Positions 18,485 through 26,720 of a stretch of DNA of 64,000 nucleotides are shown here, one piece after another (positions within the stretch are counted from its first letter, which is position 1; each line of letters starts with the position of its first letter). The translations under genes and the position numbers were made by a program. Origin of the DNA: Thermoanaerobaculia bacterium (GTDB lineage Bacteria > Acidobacteriota > Thermoanaerobaculia > Gp7-AA8); the NCBI GenBank assembly GCA_036522835.1, contig DATDFB010000057.1, positions 3,906 to 67,905 of the forward strand, in the 5' to 3' direction. The notes beneath the pieces were generated by a model. That model was not told the DNA's origin and searched no databases. It saw only the letters and a list, made by a program, of their open reading frames with translations.

Positions 18485-19816
18485 TCATGCCGAGGCGATC
18501 ACTTTCAACTCGACGAGGATCGGCGTCGGCAGGGAATCGACGCCGACCGTCGTCCGCGTCGGCTGGATCTTTCCGAGCGTCTCCGCGTAGACGCGGTTGA
18601 AGCGCTCGAAGTCGCGCTTCATGTCGGTGAGGTAGACGGTGACGTCGAGAACTTTGTCGAGCGAGCTGCCGGCCTCCTCGAGGATCGCCCTGACGTTCGC
18701 GATCGTCGCGCGCGTCTGCGTCTCGATGTCGGGCGCCGGCACCTCTCCCGTCCCCGGTTTGCGCGGGCCGACGCCGGAGAGGAAGAGGAGGTTGCCGACG
18801 CGGCGCGCGTGCGGGTATGGGCCGACCGGCGGCGGCGCCTTCGGCGTGACGAGCACCTCAGGCGTCTCTTCGCCGGGCGGCGGCGCGGCTGCGGCGAGAA
18901 CGTTGTGCGTCTCCAGTCCCGTGCCGCTCGACTGCGCGAAGGTGATCGGCGCCCCTTCGTCGAACTCCTTCTCCCACTCGATCTCTTTCTGCGGGTTCGG
19001 CGTCAGCTCGACGATGGCGTTGCCGGTGCCCCACACCGGCTGGTAGTCCCACACCTTGCCGTCGTAGCGGTTGTGCTCTCCCATCAGCGCGGCCAGCCAC
19101 CAGATGGCCTTGAAGCCCATGTCGGCGTTCGCTTCGCGGGCGAAGTCGCGCGCGACCTGGGCCACGTCCTCGAGCCGCCCCTCGCCGAGCATCTCCAGGA
19201 TCTTGCGGTTCCACTCGTCGTCCTTCGCCGAGGAGACGCGGTCGTGGGCCGGGTCGATGTCGCCGACTTCGTAGCGGTTGGAGAGGTTCGTGACGACGAC
19301 GACGACGGTTTTCTTGCCGTAGTGGTCGATGGCCGCGCGGCCGGCCATGCCGAGGGCGCGCGTCTCCTCGCGCTCCGCGTAGATGTTGCAGGACACGACG
19401 GAGGCGGGGACGGCGTTGTCCGGATTGAGGAGCTTCAGCGCCACGACGGTGCCGGTGTCGATCGGAAAGCCGTGATAGCTCACCTCCGCCGCCTGCATGC
19501 CGTTCTGTTTGCAGATCGCGCAGTAGAGTTTTCCGAATTCCGGATCGACGCGGAACTCGTAGGGGATCTCGCCGAACTGGTACCAGTTCTGATCGACGAG
19601 GATCCACTTCGGCGCGGGGTCGGTCTGGAAGAGGTGGCCGATGACGGAGAACCACTGCGTGGAGTAGACGAGGATCAGCTCCGCGCCCGACGCGGCGATC
19701 TCGCGGCCGACGGCCTCGTAGCTCGCACGCAGCGACGCCCAGCCGGGGCTCTTCTCCGGCGCGAGCAGGACGTGGGGTTGGCCGGGGACGAGATAAGCCT
19801 TCTGGATCATGGCCAC
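18485..19816 (-). CDS. fusion protein: LigB-family (class III extradiol dioxygenase-like) N-terminal domain plus RidA/YjgF (deaminase) C-terminal domain
   Basis: N-terminal ~300 aa are LigB/AmnB-like (YLVPGQPHVLLAPE..., HGFPIDTGTVVAL). C-terminal ~120 aa, VGNLLFLSGVGPRKPGTGEVPAPDIETQTRATIANVRAILEEAGSSLDKVLDVTVYLTDM...TRTTVGVDSLPTPILVELKVIA, are RidA-family. Confidence 0.65.
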   Translation of the reverse strand: MAMIQKAYLVPGQPHVLLAPEKSPGWASLRASYEAVGREIAASGAELILVYSTQWFSVIGHLFQTDPAPKWILVDQNWYQFGEIPYEFRVDPEFGKLYCAICKQNGMQAAEVSYHGFPIDTGTVVALKLLNPDNAVPASVVSCNIYAEREETRALGMAGRAAIDHYGKKTVVVVVTNLSNRYEVGDIDPAHDRVSSAKDDEWNRKILEMLGEGRLEDVAQVARDFAREANADMGFKAIWWLAALMGEHNRYDGKVWDYQPVWGTGNAIVELTPNPQKEIEWEKEFDEGAPITFAQSSGTGLETHNVLAAAAPPPGEETPEVLVTPKAPPPVGPYPHARRVGNLLFLSGVGPRKPGTGEVPAPDIETQTRATIANVRAILEEAGSSLDKVLDVTVYLTDMKRDFERFNRVYAETLGKIQPTRTTVGVDSLPTPILVELKVIASA

Positions 19817-19926
19817 GGAAAATTAGAACGCAGAATGCGAATGCAGAATGAAGAAAACGGAGTCCGTTGGCCAAGGCGCTCCGGTTTTCTCAATTCTGCA
19901 TTCGCATTCTGCGTTCTGAATTTCCT
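19814..19926. repeat. Palindromic repeat family D, full ~113-bp copy
   Basis: Same termini as the 16331 copy, with a longer central loop. Confidence 0.85.
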
Positions 19927-19930
19927 TGAT

Positions 19931-20611
19931 TTAGTGGACGTACGTCTCCCGCTCGACGACGTCTTTCCGCGACTGGATGATCGACGTCGCGAGCAGCGCG
20001 CGCCGGCCGATCTCGTCCCACTGCGCGGTGCGCACGAGGTCCGGTACGGCGAGCGACGAGCCGAGGTTGACGGCGACGCAGCCGGCGTCGAGGTAGGGCT
20101 CGATCATGTCGAGGGCCACGGGGCCGCCGGCGAGCATCTGCACGTCGCGGATGGGGCCGCGGATGGTGCGGATGTAATCGGGGCCGCCGAGGTGCGGTGC
20201 CGGGTAGACCTTGACGATGTCGGCGCCCGCTTCCCAGGCGCGGATGATCTCGGTCGGCGTGGCCGCGCCGGCGATGGAGAGGAGGTCGTTCTCCGTCGCG
20301 TACTCGATGATCTGGTAGTCGGTGTGCGGCGAGACGATCACGTGCGCGCCGGCGCGGCGGGCCAGCGCGGCGTCGTTGGCGCTGCGCACGGTGCCGGCGG
20401 CGATGACTACGTCGGCCGCGGCGTAGCGAGCGGCGAGCTTGGCGATGAGCTCGAAGGCGTCAGGCGTGGTGAGCGTGACCTCGATGATGCGCACGCCGTT
20501 GCGCGCGTACGCGTCCGCCACGGCCTCGGCCGCCTCGGCGGAGTTTTCACGGACGACGCCGATGATCTGCTCGGTGCGGGCTTTTTCGAAAAGTTCGGTG
20601 CGGAGGGACAT
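19931..20611 (-). CDS. eda: KDPG / 4-hydroxy-2-oxoglutarate aldolase
   Basis: 226 aa class I aldolase. IGVVRENSAEAA...RIIEVTLTTPDA...VIAAGTV pattern typical of Eda. Confidence 0.82.
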   Translation of the reverse strand: MSLRTELFEKARTEQIIGVVRENSAEAAEAVADAYARNGVRIIEVTLTTPDAFELIAKLAARYAAADVVIAAGTVRSANDAALARRAGAHVIVSPHTDYQIIEYATENDLLSIAGAATPTEIIRAWEAGADIVKVYPAPHLGGPDYIRTIRGPIRDVQMLAGGPVALDMIEPYLDAGCVAVNLGSSLAVPDLVRTAQWDEIGRRALLATSIIQSRKDVVERETYVH

Positions 20612-20620
20612 GGCCGAATT

Positions 20621-22939
20621 CTAGTTCAACCGCGCGGCCAGGTCCCTGAACTCCGTCTCCTCCCGCAACACATCCAGCCGCGGATCGACCTCGATGAACA
20701 CCAGCCACGCGCTCCGGTCCTCGTACGCCTCCCGCAGCTTCGCCAGCGCGGCCGCCTTCTCGCCCAACCCCGCATAAATGATCGCGATGTCGTACGGCGA
20801 GATGTAGCGCGTCTTGGCCTGCTCCGAGAGCATCGTCAGGATCAGCTCCGCCTCCCGCCGCTGACCGGCAATGGCGCGGGTGTGGCCGAGCATGGCCAGC
20901 AAGATCGGCACGCGGTCCGTCTCCAGCGCGCGCTGGAACGACTGCAACGCCTCCTCGTAGCGGCCCTGCTGCCCCAAGGCCATGCCGCGCCAGGCCTGGG
21001 CGGGGATGAACTTCTCGTCGAGCTCCAGCGCCTTCTCGAAGCGGCCGATGGCGGACTCGTAATCGCGCGCGAAATAGAACGGCCAGCCGCTGTGCACGAA
21101 GATGATGCGCGACAGCGGATCGAGCTCCACCGCCTTCTTCACCTGCTCGAGCGACGCGTCGAAGCGGCCGCGCGCGCAGAGGAGCATGGCGTAGCCGTCG
21201 TGCGCCGTCGCGTAGTTCGGATTCAGCTTGATGGCGCTCGTGTACGCCGCCTCCGCCCCCTCCCAATCCCACTCGTACCACCACTTCACCGCCGCCAGCG
21301 ACGCCCACGCCTCCGCGAGCGACCCGTCGATCTTCAGCGCCTGCTCGGCCGCCGCCTTCGCCTTCGGCATGGCCTCGCGCGGCGGCAGCGGGATGTTCGT
21401 CGCCAGCGTCATGAGGCTGTCGGCCAGCCCGGCGTACGCGCCGGCGAACGACGGATCGCTCTCGATGGCCTCCTGGAAGTGGACGATCCCCTTCTTCAGA
21501 CTCTCCTCGGTGCGCTTGTTCCACTGATAGCGCCCCTTGAGATAGAGCTGGTACGCCTCCGTGTTTTTCGTCGACGTCTTGCGCAGCCGCTTCTTCTCCG
21601 CGCCGGTGAGGCGGATGCGCAGCGCTTCGGCGATCTCCTGCGACATCTCTTCCTGCAGCGTGACGAGGTCGGCGATCTGGCGGTTGTACTGCTCGCCCCA
21701 GAGGTGCGCGCCATCGAGGGAGTCGACCAGCTCGACGTTGATGACGATGCGGTCGCCGACGTGCTTCACCCGCCCGCTCAACACCGCGCGCACGCGCAGG
21801 TCGCGGCCGACGGCGCGCGGGTCGACTTCGCGGCCTTTGTAGCGGAACACGGTGCTGCGCGCCATCACCTTGAGCTTCGGCAGTTGCGAGAGCTTGTTGA
21901 TGACACCCTCGGTCACGCCGTCGGAGAGATAGTCGGTCTCGGCGTCGGCGCCGCCGTTCTGGAACGGCAGGACGGCGATGGAGTCGATGGCTTTCGACTT
22001 CCGCGTGCGCGGGCGCGGCAGCAGGTCGATGCGCGTCGTGGAGCTCGACGAGATCGCGCGCAGCGTCAGCGCCAGGTCGCGCGCGGACTGAAACCGCTGC
22101 AGCGGGTTCTTTTCCACGCACCCTTCGATGACGCGCTGGAACTCCGGCGGCACGGCCTCGGCCAGCTCGTCACGCGAGACGTCTTCCTTGAGAATGGCCG
22201 CGATCGTGGCCGCGCCGGAGCCGCGCTGGAACGGCTTCTTCGACGTGACCATCTCGTAGAGGATGCAGCCGAGGGAAAAGATGTCCGCAGTGCCGTCGAC
22301 CGCCTCGCCCTTGAGCTGTTCCGGCGCCATGTAGGCGAGCGTCCCCACGATCGTCCCCGGATCGGTGCGGAACTTCCGCGTCGGCAGGTTGCCGGTGTCC
22401 TCGCCGGTGAGGTACGGGTCGGTCTGGGCGAGGCCGAAGTCGAGGATCTTGATGCGCCCTTCGCGCGTGAGGAAGACGTTCTCCGGCTTGAGATCGCGGT
22501 GGACCACGGCGCGCGAGTGCGCCGCCGCCAGGCCTTCGGCGATCTCCGCGCCGATGTCGACCGCGGCGCGCCATTCGATGATCGCGTTCGCGAGCCGGGC
22601 GCGCAGCGTCTCCCCTTCGAGCAGCTCCGTGACGACGAAGAAGGTGCCGTCCTGGTCGCCGTAGTCGAAGATGGAGAGGACGTTCGGGTGCGACAGCGAC
22701 GCGATGGCGCGCGCCTCGCGCTCGAAGCGCGCCAGGGCATCGGCGTCGCGCGCGGAATCGGGCAGCAGCACCTTGATGGCCACGTCGCGGCCGAGGCGGG
22801 GGTCGCGGCCGCGGTAGACCGCACCCATCCCTCCCTCGCCGAGGAGCGTAAGAACTTCGTACGGACCGACGCGGGAGCCTGAAGCCAGCATGCCGAGCGG
22901 TCCAATGCTAATCTTTTCCGCAATGGTCCTCATTAACAA
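20621..22939 (-). CDS. Ser/Thr protein kinase with C-terminal TPR domain
   Basis: Kinase subdomains: GEGGMGAVYRG, VAIKVL, HRDLKPENVFL, DFGLA, APE. C-terminal ~350 aa of TPR repeats. Met17 (22891) is an alternative start. Confidence 0.85.
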   Translation of the reverse strand: MLMRTIAEKISIGPLGMLASGSRVGPYEVLTLLGEGGMGAVYRGRDPRLGRDVAIKVLLPDSARDADALARFEREARAIASLSHPNVLSIFDYGDQDGTFFVVTELLEGETLRARLANAIIEWRAAVDIGAEIAEGLAAAHSRAVVHRDLKPENVFLTREGRIKILDFGLAQTDPYLTGEDTGNLPTRKFRTDPGTIVGTLAYMAPEQLKGEAVDGTADIFSLGCILYEMVTSKKPFQRGSGAATIAAILKEDVSRDELAEAVPPEFQRVIEGCVEKNPLQRFQSARDLALTLRAISSSSTTRIDLLPRPRTRKSKAIDSIAVLPFQNGGADAETDYLSDGVTEGVINKLSQLPKLKVMARSTVFRYKGREVDPRAVGRDLRVRAVLSGRVKHVGDRIVINVELVDSLDGAHLWGEQYNRQIADLVTLQEEMSQEIAEALRIRLTGAEKKRLRKTSTKNTEAYQLYLKGRYQWNKRTEESLKKGIVHFQEAIESDPSFAGAYAGLADSLMTLATNIPLPPREAMPKAKAAAEQALKIDGSLAEAWASLAAVKWWYEWDWEGAEAAYTSAIKLNPNYATAHDGYAMLLCARGRFDASLEQVKKAVELDPLSRIIFVHSGWPFYFARDYESAIGRFEKALELDEKFIPAQAWRGMALGQQGRYEEALQSFQRALETDRVPILLAMLGHTRAIAGQRREAELILTMLSEQAKTRYISPYDIAIIYAGLGEKAAALAKLREAYEDRSAWLVFIEVDPRLDVLREETEFRDLAARLN

Positions 22940-23822
22940 AGCGATTAACGAAGTGACGGTGAAGCTCGTCTATTACGGACCCGGTCTGTGCGGGAAGACG
23001 ACCAACCTGGAGAAGATCTACGGAAACCCGAAGCTCGAGAACAAAGGGAAGATGATCTCGATGTCGACGGAGACGGACCGAACGCTCTTTTTCGACTTCA
23101 TGCCGATGGAGCTCGGCACGATCGGCGGCCAGAAAGTGCGCGTGCAGCTCTACACCGTGCCGGGGCAGGTGTTCTACGACGCCACGCGCAAGCTCGTGCT
23201 GCGCGGCGCGGACGGCGTGGTCTTCGTGGCCGACTCGCAGTCGTCGATGCGGGAGTCGAACCTCCAATCGCTCGAGAACCTGATCACGAACCTGCGCCTC
23301 AACCGCATCGATCCGCAGAAAATCGCGCTCGTCTTTCAGTACAACAAGCGCGACCTGCCGAACGTCGACAGCGTCGAGGACATGAACGGATACCTGCATC
23401 CCGACGGCATTCCGGTCGTCGAGGCGGCGGCGATCAACGGCACCGGAGTGACGGCCACGCTGCGCACGGCGGTGGCGCGGATCCTCGACAACCTGAAGAA
23501 GGGCGTCGACACGACGCTGCACGAGGAGCCGGAGCTGGCGCCGCCGGACTTGAGCGTGGGGCTGTCGGGAAAACCTGTCGATCCGTTCGCACCAGTCGAC
23601 GAAGAGCCATTCGAGGCCGATGTCGCCGTGGCGGTGGCCGAGGAGGAGACGGAGGACCCGTTCGCGGCGCCGGCGGCGGAGATCCACGACACGGGCGCCG
23701 AGCGCGCCGAGCTCGAGGCCATGCTGGCGGGGGCGCGCGAGGTCGTGGCCTCGCTCGAAGCCGCGCTCGAGAAAGCGCGCCACCAGGAACGGCGGCTCGC
23801 GGATAAACTCGGCGCGCTTTGA
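22923..23822 (+). CDS. mglA: MglA-like Ras-superfamily small GTPase with ~115-aa acidic/coiled-coil C-terminal extension
   Basis: MVLINKAINEVTVKLVYYGPGLCGKTTNLEKIY...MSTETDRTLFFDFMP...YTVPGQVFYDATRKLVLRGADGVVFVADSQ...QYNKRDLP matches Myxococcus MglA nearly motif for motif. Extra C-terminal tail EEPELAPPDL...EAALEKARHQERRLADKLGAL. Confidence 0.85.
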   Translation: MVLINKAINEVTVKLVYYGPGLCGKTTNLEKIYGNPKLENKGKMISMSTETDRTLFFDFMPMELGTIGGQKVRVQLYTVPGQVFYDATRKLVLRGADGVVFVADSQSSMRESNLQSLENLITNLRLNRIDPQKIALVFQYNKRDLPNVDSVEDMNGYLHPDGIPVVEAAAINGTGVTATLRTAVARILDNLKKGVDTTLHEEPELAPPDLSVGLSGKPVDPFAPVDEEPFEADVAVAVAEEETEDPFAAPAAEIHDTGAERAELEAMLAGAREVVASLEAALEKARHQERRLADKLGAL

Positions 23823-24520
23823 CCTGGTTCCACGAATGGTTCGGCGAGGAGTACCTCGCGCTCTACTCGCATCGTGACGACGACGAGGCGAGGCAGCAGG
23901 TCGTCTTCTTCAAAGAGCATTGCGGCGCCGTGCGCGGGCCGCTCCTCGACCTCGCCTGCGGCAAGGGGCGGCACATCGCCGAGCTGCGCGCCGCCGGCTA
24001 TGGCGCGGTCGGCTGCGACCTCTCCTTCACGCTGCTGCGCACCGGCCGCGCCGAGTACGGGCCGCTCCCGGTGGCGCGCGCGGACATGCGCGCGCTGCCG
24101 TTCTGCACGGCGGGCTTCGCCGGCCTGGTGAGCTTCTTCACCTCGTTCGGGTACTTCTCGGTTGAGGAGGAAAACGTGGCCGTCGTACGCGAGATGGCGC
24201 GCGTGCTGGAAAAGGGGGCGGTGTTCCTCTTCGACTACCTGAATCTGCACCGGGAGCTGGAGAAACTGGTGCAGCGCGAGACGCGCGGCGACGTCACGAT
24301 CGAGCGCTGGTTCGACTCGCAGGACCGCTCGTTCAACAAACGGATAACAATCGGACAAAAGCGCTACCTGGAGCGCGTTCGCGGATACGATCTCGACGAG
24401 ATCTCGATGATGTTCACGACGGCGGGCCTGACGATTCGCGCCGCGTTCGGCGATTTCCTCGGTGCGCCGTTCGAAATGAGCTCGCCGCGGCTGATCGTGC
24501 TGGGGACGAAGAATCGATGA
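23819..24520 (+). CDS. class I SAM-dependent methyltransferase
   Basis: SAM motif I LLDLACGKGRH. Post-I acidic residue. TTG start overlapping the mglA stop. Confidence 0.7.
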   Translation: MTWFHEWFGEEYLALYSHRDDDEARQQVVFFKEHCGAVRGPLLDLACGKGRHIAELRAAGYGAVGCDLSFTLLRTGRAEYGPLPVARADMRALPFCTAGFAGLVSFFTSFGYFSVEEENVAVVREMARVLEKGAVFLFDYLNLHRELEKLVQRETRGDVTIERWFDSQDRSFNKRITIGQKRYLERVRGYDLDEISMMFTTAGLTIRAAFGDFLGAPFEMSSPRLIVLGTKNR

Positions 24521-26004
24521 CGATTCAGTTCCCGCTGGACTGTTATCCCGGGTTCAACCGATTCGTCCTCGACTGGCTCGGCGGCGATGCGAGGTTTCTT
24601 TGTCGCGGTGCCCACTCGGTAGGGGCGCACGGCGTGCGCCCGCGGCAACTTGCCGACGCGCTGATCGAATCCAACAAACGCTGGGGCCTCTTCGTCGACG
24701 ACGACGTCCGCCGCTGGCAACGCGGTGAAGGCATGACCGTCATCGCCGGCCAGCAAACCGGCTTCGCCGGCGGCCCTCTCTACACGCTCGTCAAGATCGC
24801 CACGCTCGTGCGGATGAAGCGCGACAACGAAGCGCGCGGCATCCCCACCACCGTCTTTTTCTGGCTGGCAACCGAGGATCACGACTTCGCCGAGGTGGCA
24901 AGCGTTGCCTTTCCAGCGGGCGACGCGCGCGCGCAGCGCGACCTCGTCTACCTCCGCGCCGCGCGCGCCGTGGAGACGCGCGACGTCGTCGGCCCGCAGC
25001 CCGTCCCGCCGGTGCTGATCGACGAGCTCCTTGCGTTTTTCAACATGCCGCGGCCGCCGTGGCTGCGCGAAGGGATCTCGTTCCGCGACTCCTTCGCGGA
25101 GCTGATCGCCGGCGTCTTTCCGCGCGACGTCGTGCTCGTCGATGCGCTGCTGCCGGAGCTGCGGCGCGCGGGAGCGCCGCTCTTCGCATCGATCGTGTCG
25201 ACGTGGGACGCGATTCAGAGCGCGCTCGCCACGCGCGCCGCCGAGCTGACCGCCGCCGGCTACACGCCGCAAGTCGCGCCGCGCGAGAACGGGCAGTACA
25301 CGCTGCTCTACGAGATCGGCGAGCGCGGCAACCGCGAAATCACCGACAAAGCGGCCGTGCCGGAATGGACATCCACGTCGGCGCTCACGCGGCCTTTGCT
25401 GCAGGACTCCGTGCTGCAACCTGACGTCTTCGTCGGCGGGCCGGCCGAGGTCGCGTACTACGCGCAGATCGCGCCGCTGCACGAAATGCTCGGCATTGCC
25501 ATGCCGCGCGTTGCGCTGCGCGCGCACGCGCTCATCGCGCCGAAGCGCATCGCCCGCGCGATCGAGCGCTACGACATCAAACCGGAGGACATCTTCACGA
25601 GCGCGGATGAACTGCTGGCCACGCGCGAGCCGGAAGGCGTCGCCACGATTCGCGAAGCGGCGGAAAAGGGCCGCAAAGAGCTGACGGACGTTTTCACGCA
25701 GATCGGCGACGTCGCATTTCCCGCCGATCACGCCATTGCCAGAAGAGTCAGCCGCTCCATCGGCCACATCGAGTACCACTTCGACAAGCTCGCCGAGCGG
25801 GCCACGCGCTCGCTCGTGCGCAAGGACCGCGAGCGCTACGCCGCGGTGCGCGAGCTCGTGGCCGCGCTCTTCCCCGACCGCCAGGTGCAGGACCGCGTCG
25901 CCGGCTGGTTTGCCTACTGGAGCGAATCCGGCAACCATCTCGTCGAGCGCTTGATCGAGGAGATCGAGCCGGACAGCGACGTCTGCAGGATCGTGACGCT
26001 ATGA
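24517..26004 (+). CDS. bshC: bacillithiol biosynthesis cysteine-adding enzyme BshC
   Basis: Hallmark VIAGQQTGFAGGPLYTLVKIATLV (BshC GQQxG...GPLY motif). ~495 aa. ATGA overlap with the upstream gene. Carries an in-frame family-C repeat near the N-terminus. Confidence 0.78.
   Translation: MTIQFPLDCYPGFNRFVLDWLGGDARFLCRGAHSVGAHGVRPRQLADALIESNKRWGLFVDDDVRRWQRGEGMTVIAGQQTGFAGGPLYTLVKIATLVRMKRDNEARGIPTTVFFWLATEDHDFAEVASVAFPAGDARAQRDLVYLRAARAVETRDVVGPQPVPPVLIDELLAFFNMPRPPWLREGISFRDSFAELIAGVFPRDVVLVDALLPELRRAGAPLFASIVSTWDAIQSALATRAAELTAAGYTPQVAPRENGQYTLLYEIGERGNREITDKAAVPEWTSTSALTRPLLQDSVLQPDVFVGGPAEVAYYAQIAPLHEMLGIAMPRVALRAHALIAPKRIARAIERYDIKPEDIFTSADELLATREPEGVATIREAAEKGRKELTDVFTQIGDVAFPADHAIARRVSRSIGHIEYHFDKLAERATRSLVRKDRERYAAVRELVAALFPDRQVQDRVAGWFAYWSESGNHLVERLIEEIEPDSDVCRIVTL
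24615..24645. repeat. Palindromic repeat family C (GGTAGGGGCGCACGGCGTGCGCCC), single-arm copy inside bshC
   Basis: ctcggtaggggcgcacggcgtgcgcccgcgg, encoding RGAHSVGAHGVRPR in frame. Confidence 0.75.
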
Positions 26005-26720
26005 AACCCGTCGACGCCATCTTCTTCGACGCCCATCCCGACGACATCGAGCTCTCCTGCGGCGGCACGATCGTCGACTTCGTCAGCCGCGGCCTCAGGG
26101 TCGGCATCATTGACCTCACCAGCGGCGAGATGGGGACGCGCGGCACGCCCGAGACGCGCCGCCGCGAGGCCTCCGCCTCCGCCGAGATCCTCGGCGCGTC
26201 CTTCCGCGAGCAGCTCGACTTCGGCGACGGCGCCCTCCGCACCGGCCGCGAGGAAGAGCTGCAGATCATCGGCGTCATCCGCAAGTACCGCCCGAAAATC
26301 ATCTTCGCGCCGTGGCCCGACGAGCGCCATCCCGACCACGCCCGTGCCGGGCGCCTCATCACCGAGGCGTCGTTCTACGCGGGGCTGCGCGCGCTGGAGA
26401 CGGCGCTGCCCGCGCACCGCCCGCAGGTCACGATCTACTACCTGCAGAACTACCTTCCGCCGATCAGCTTCGTCGTCGACGTGTCGAAGGCGTGGCCGAC
26501 GAAGATGCGCGCCATCGGCGCCTTCGAGTCGCAGTTCTACAAACCGAATTCGACCGAGCCGGAGACGTTCATCGCCAAGAAGTCGTTTCTCGACATGATC
26601 GAGGCGCGCGGCCGCCACTTCGGCGCGCTCATCGGCGCGGAGTACGGCGAGGCCTACGTGACGAAGCAGCCGCCGAAGATCGAGGACGTGATCGCGGCGT
26701 ACAGCGGGAGGGAACCGTGA
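26001..26720 (+). CDS. bshB: LmbE/PIG-L family deacetylase, N-acetylglucosaminyl-malate deacetylase BshB
   Basis: DAIFFDAHPDDIELSCGGTIV and HPDHARAG motifs of the LmbE family. ATGA overlap with bshC. Confidence 0.83.
   Translation: MKPVDAIFFDAHPDDIELSCGGTIVDFVSRGLRVGIIDLTSGEMGTRGTPETRRREASASAEILGASFREQLDFGDGALRTGREEELQIIGVIRKYRPKIIFAPWPDERHPDHARAGRLITEASFYAGLRALETALPAHRPQVTIYYLQNYLPPISFVVDVSKAWPTKMRAIGAFESQFYKPNSTEPETFIAKKSFLDMIEARGRHFGALIGAEYGEAYVTKQPPKIEDVIAAYSGREP

Noticed and set aside
16490-18600. ORFs 16490-18169(-) and 17116-18600(+)
   Set aside because: They are antisense or out of frame to the GT4 and kynB genes. The GT4 and kynB frames carry recognisable family motifs and these do not.
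18401-22882. 1493-aa plus-strand ORF
   Set aside because: It lies antisense to the dioxygenase-RidA, eda and Ser/Thr kinase genes. It is extremely Arg/Gly/Ala/Asp-rich and has no domain signature. It is a stop-codon-poor high-GC shadow ORF.
22066-23806. ORFs 22066-22923(-), 22908-23783(-) and 22988-23806(+)
   Set aside because: They are alternative frames of the Ser/Thr kinase and mglA genes. The kinase subdomain motifs and the MglA G-motifs identify the true frames.
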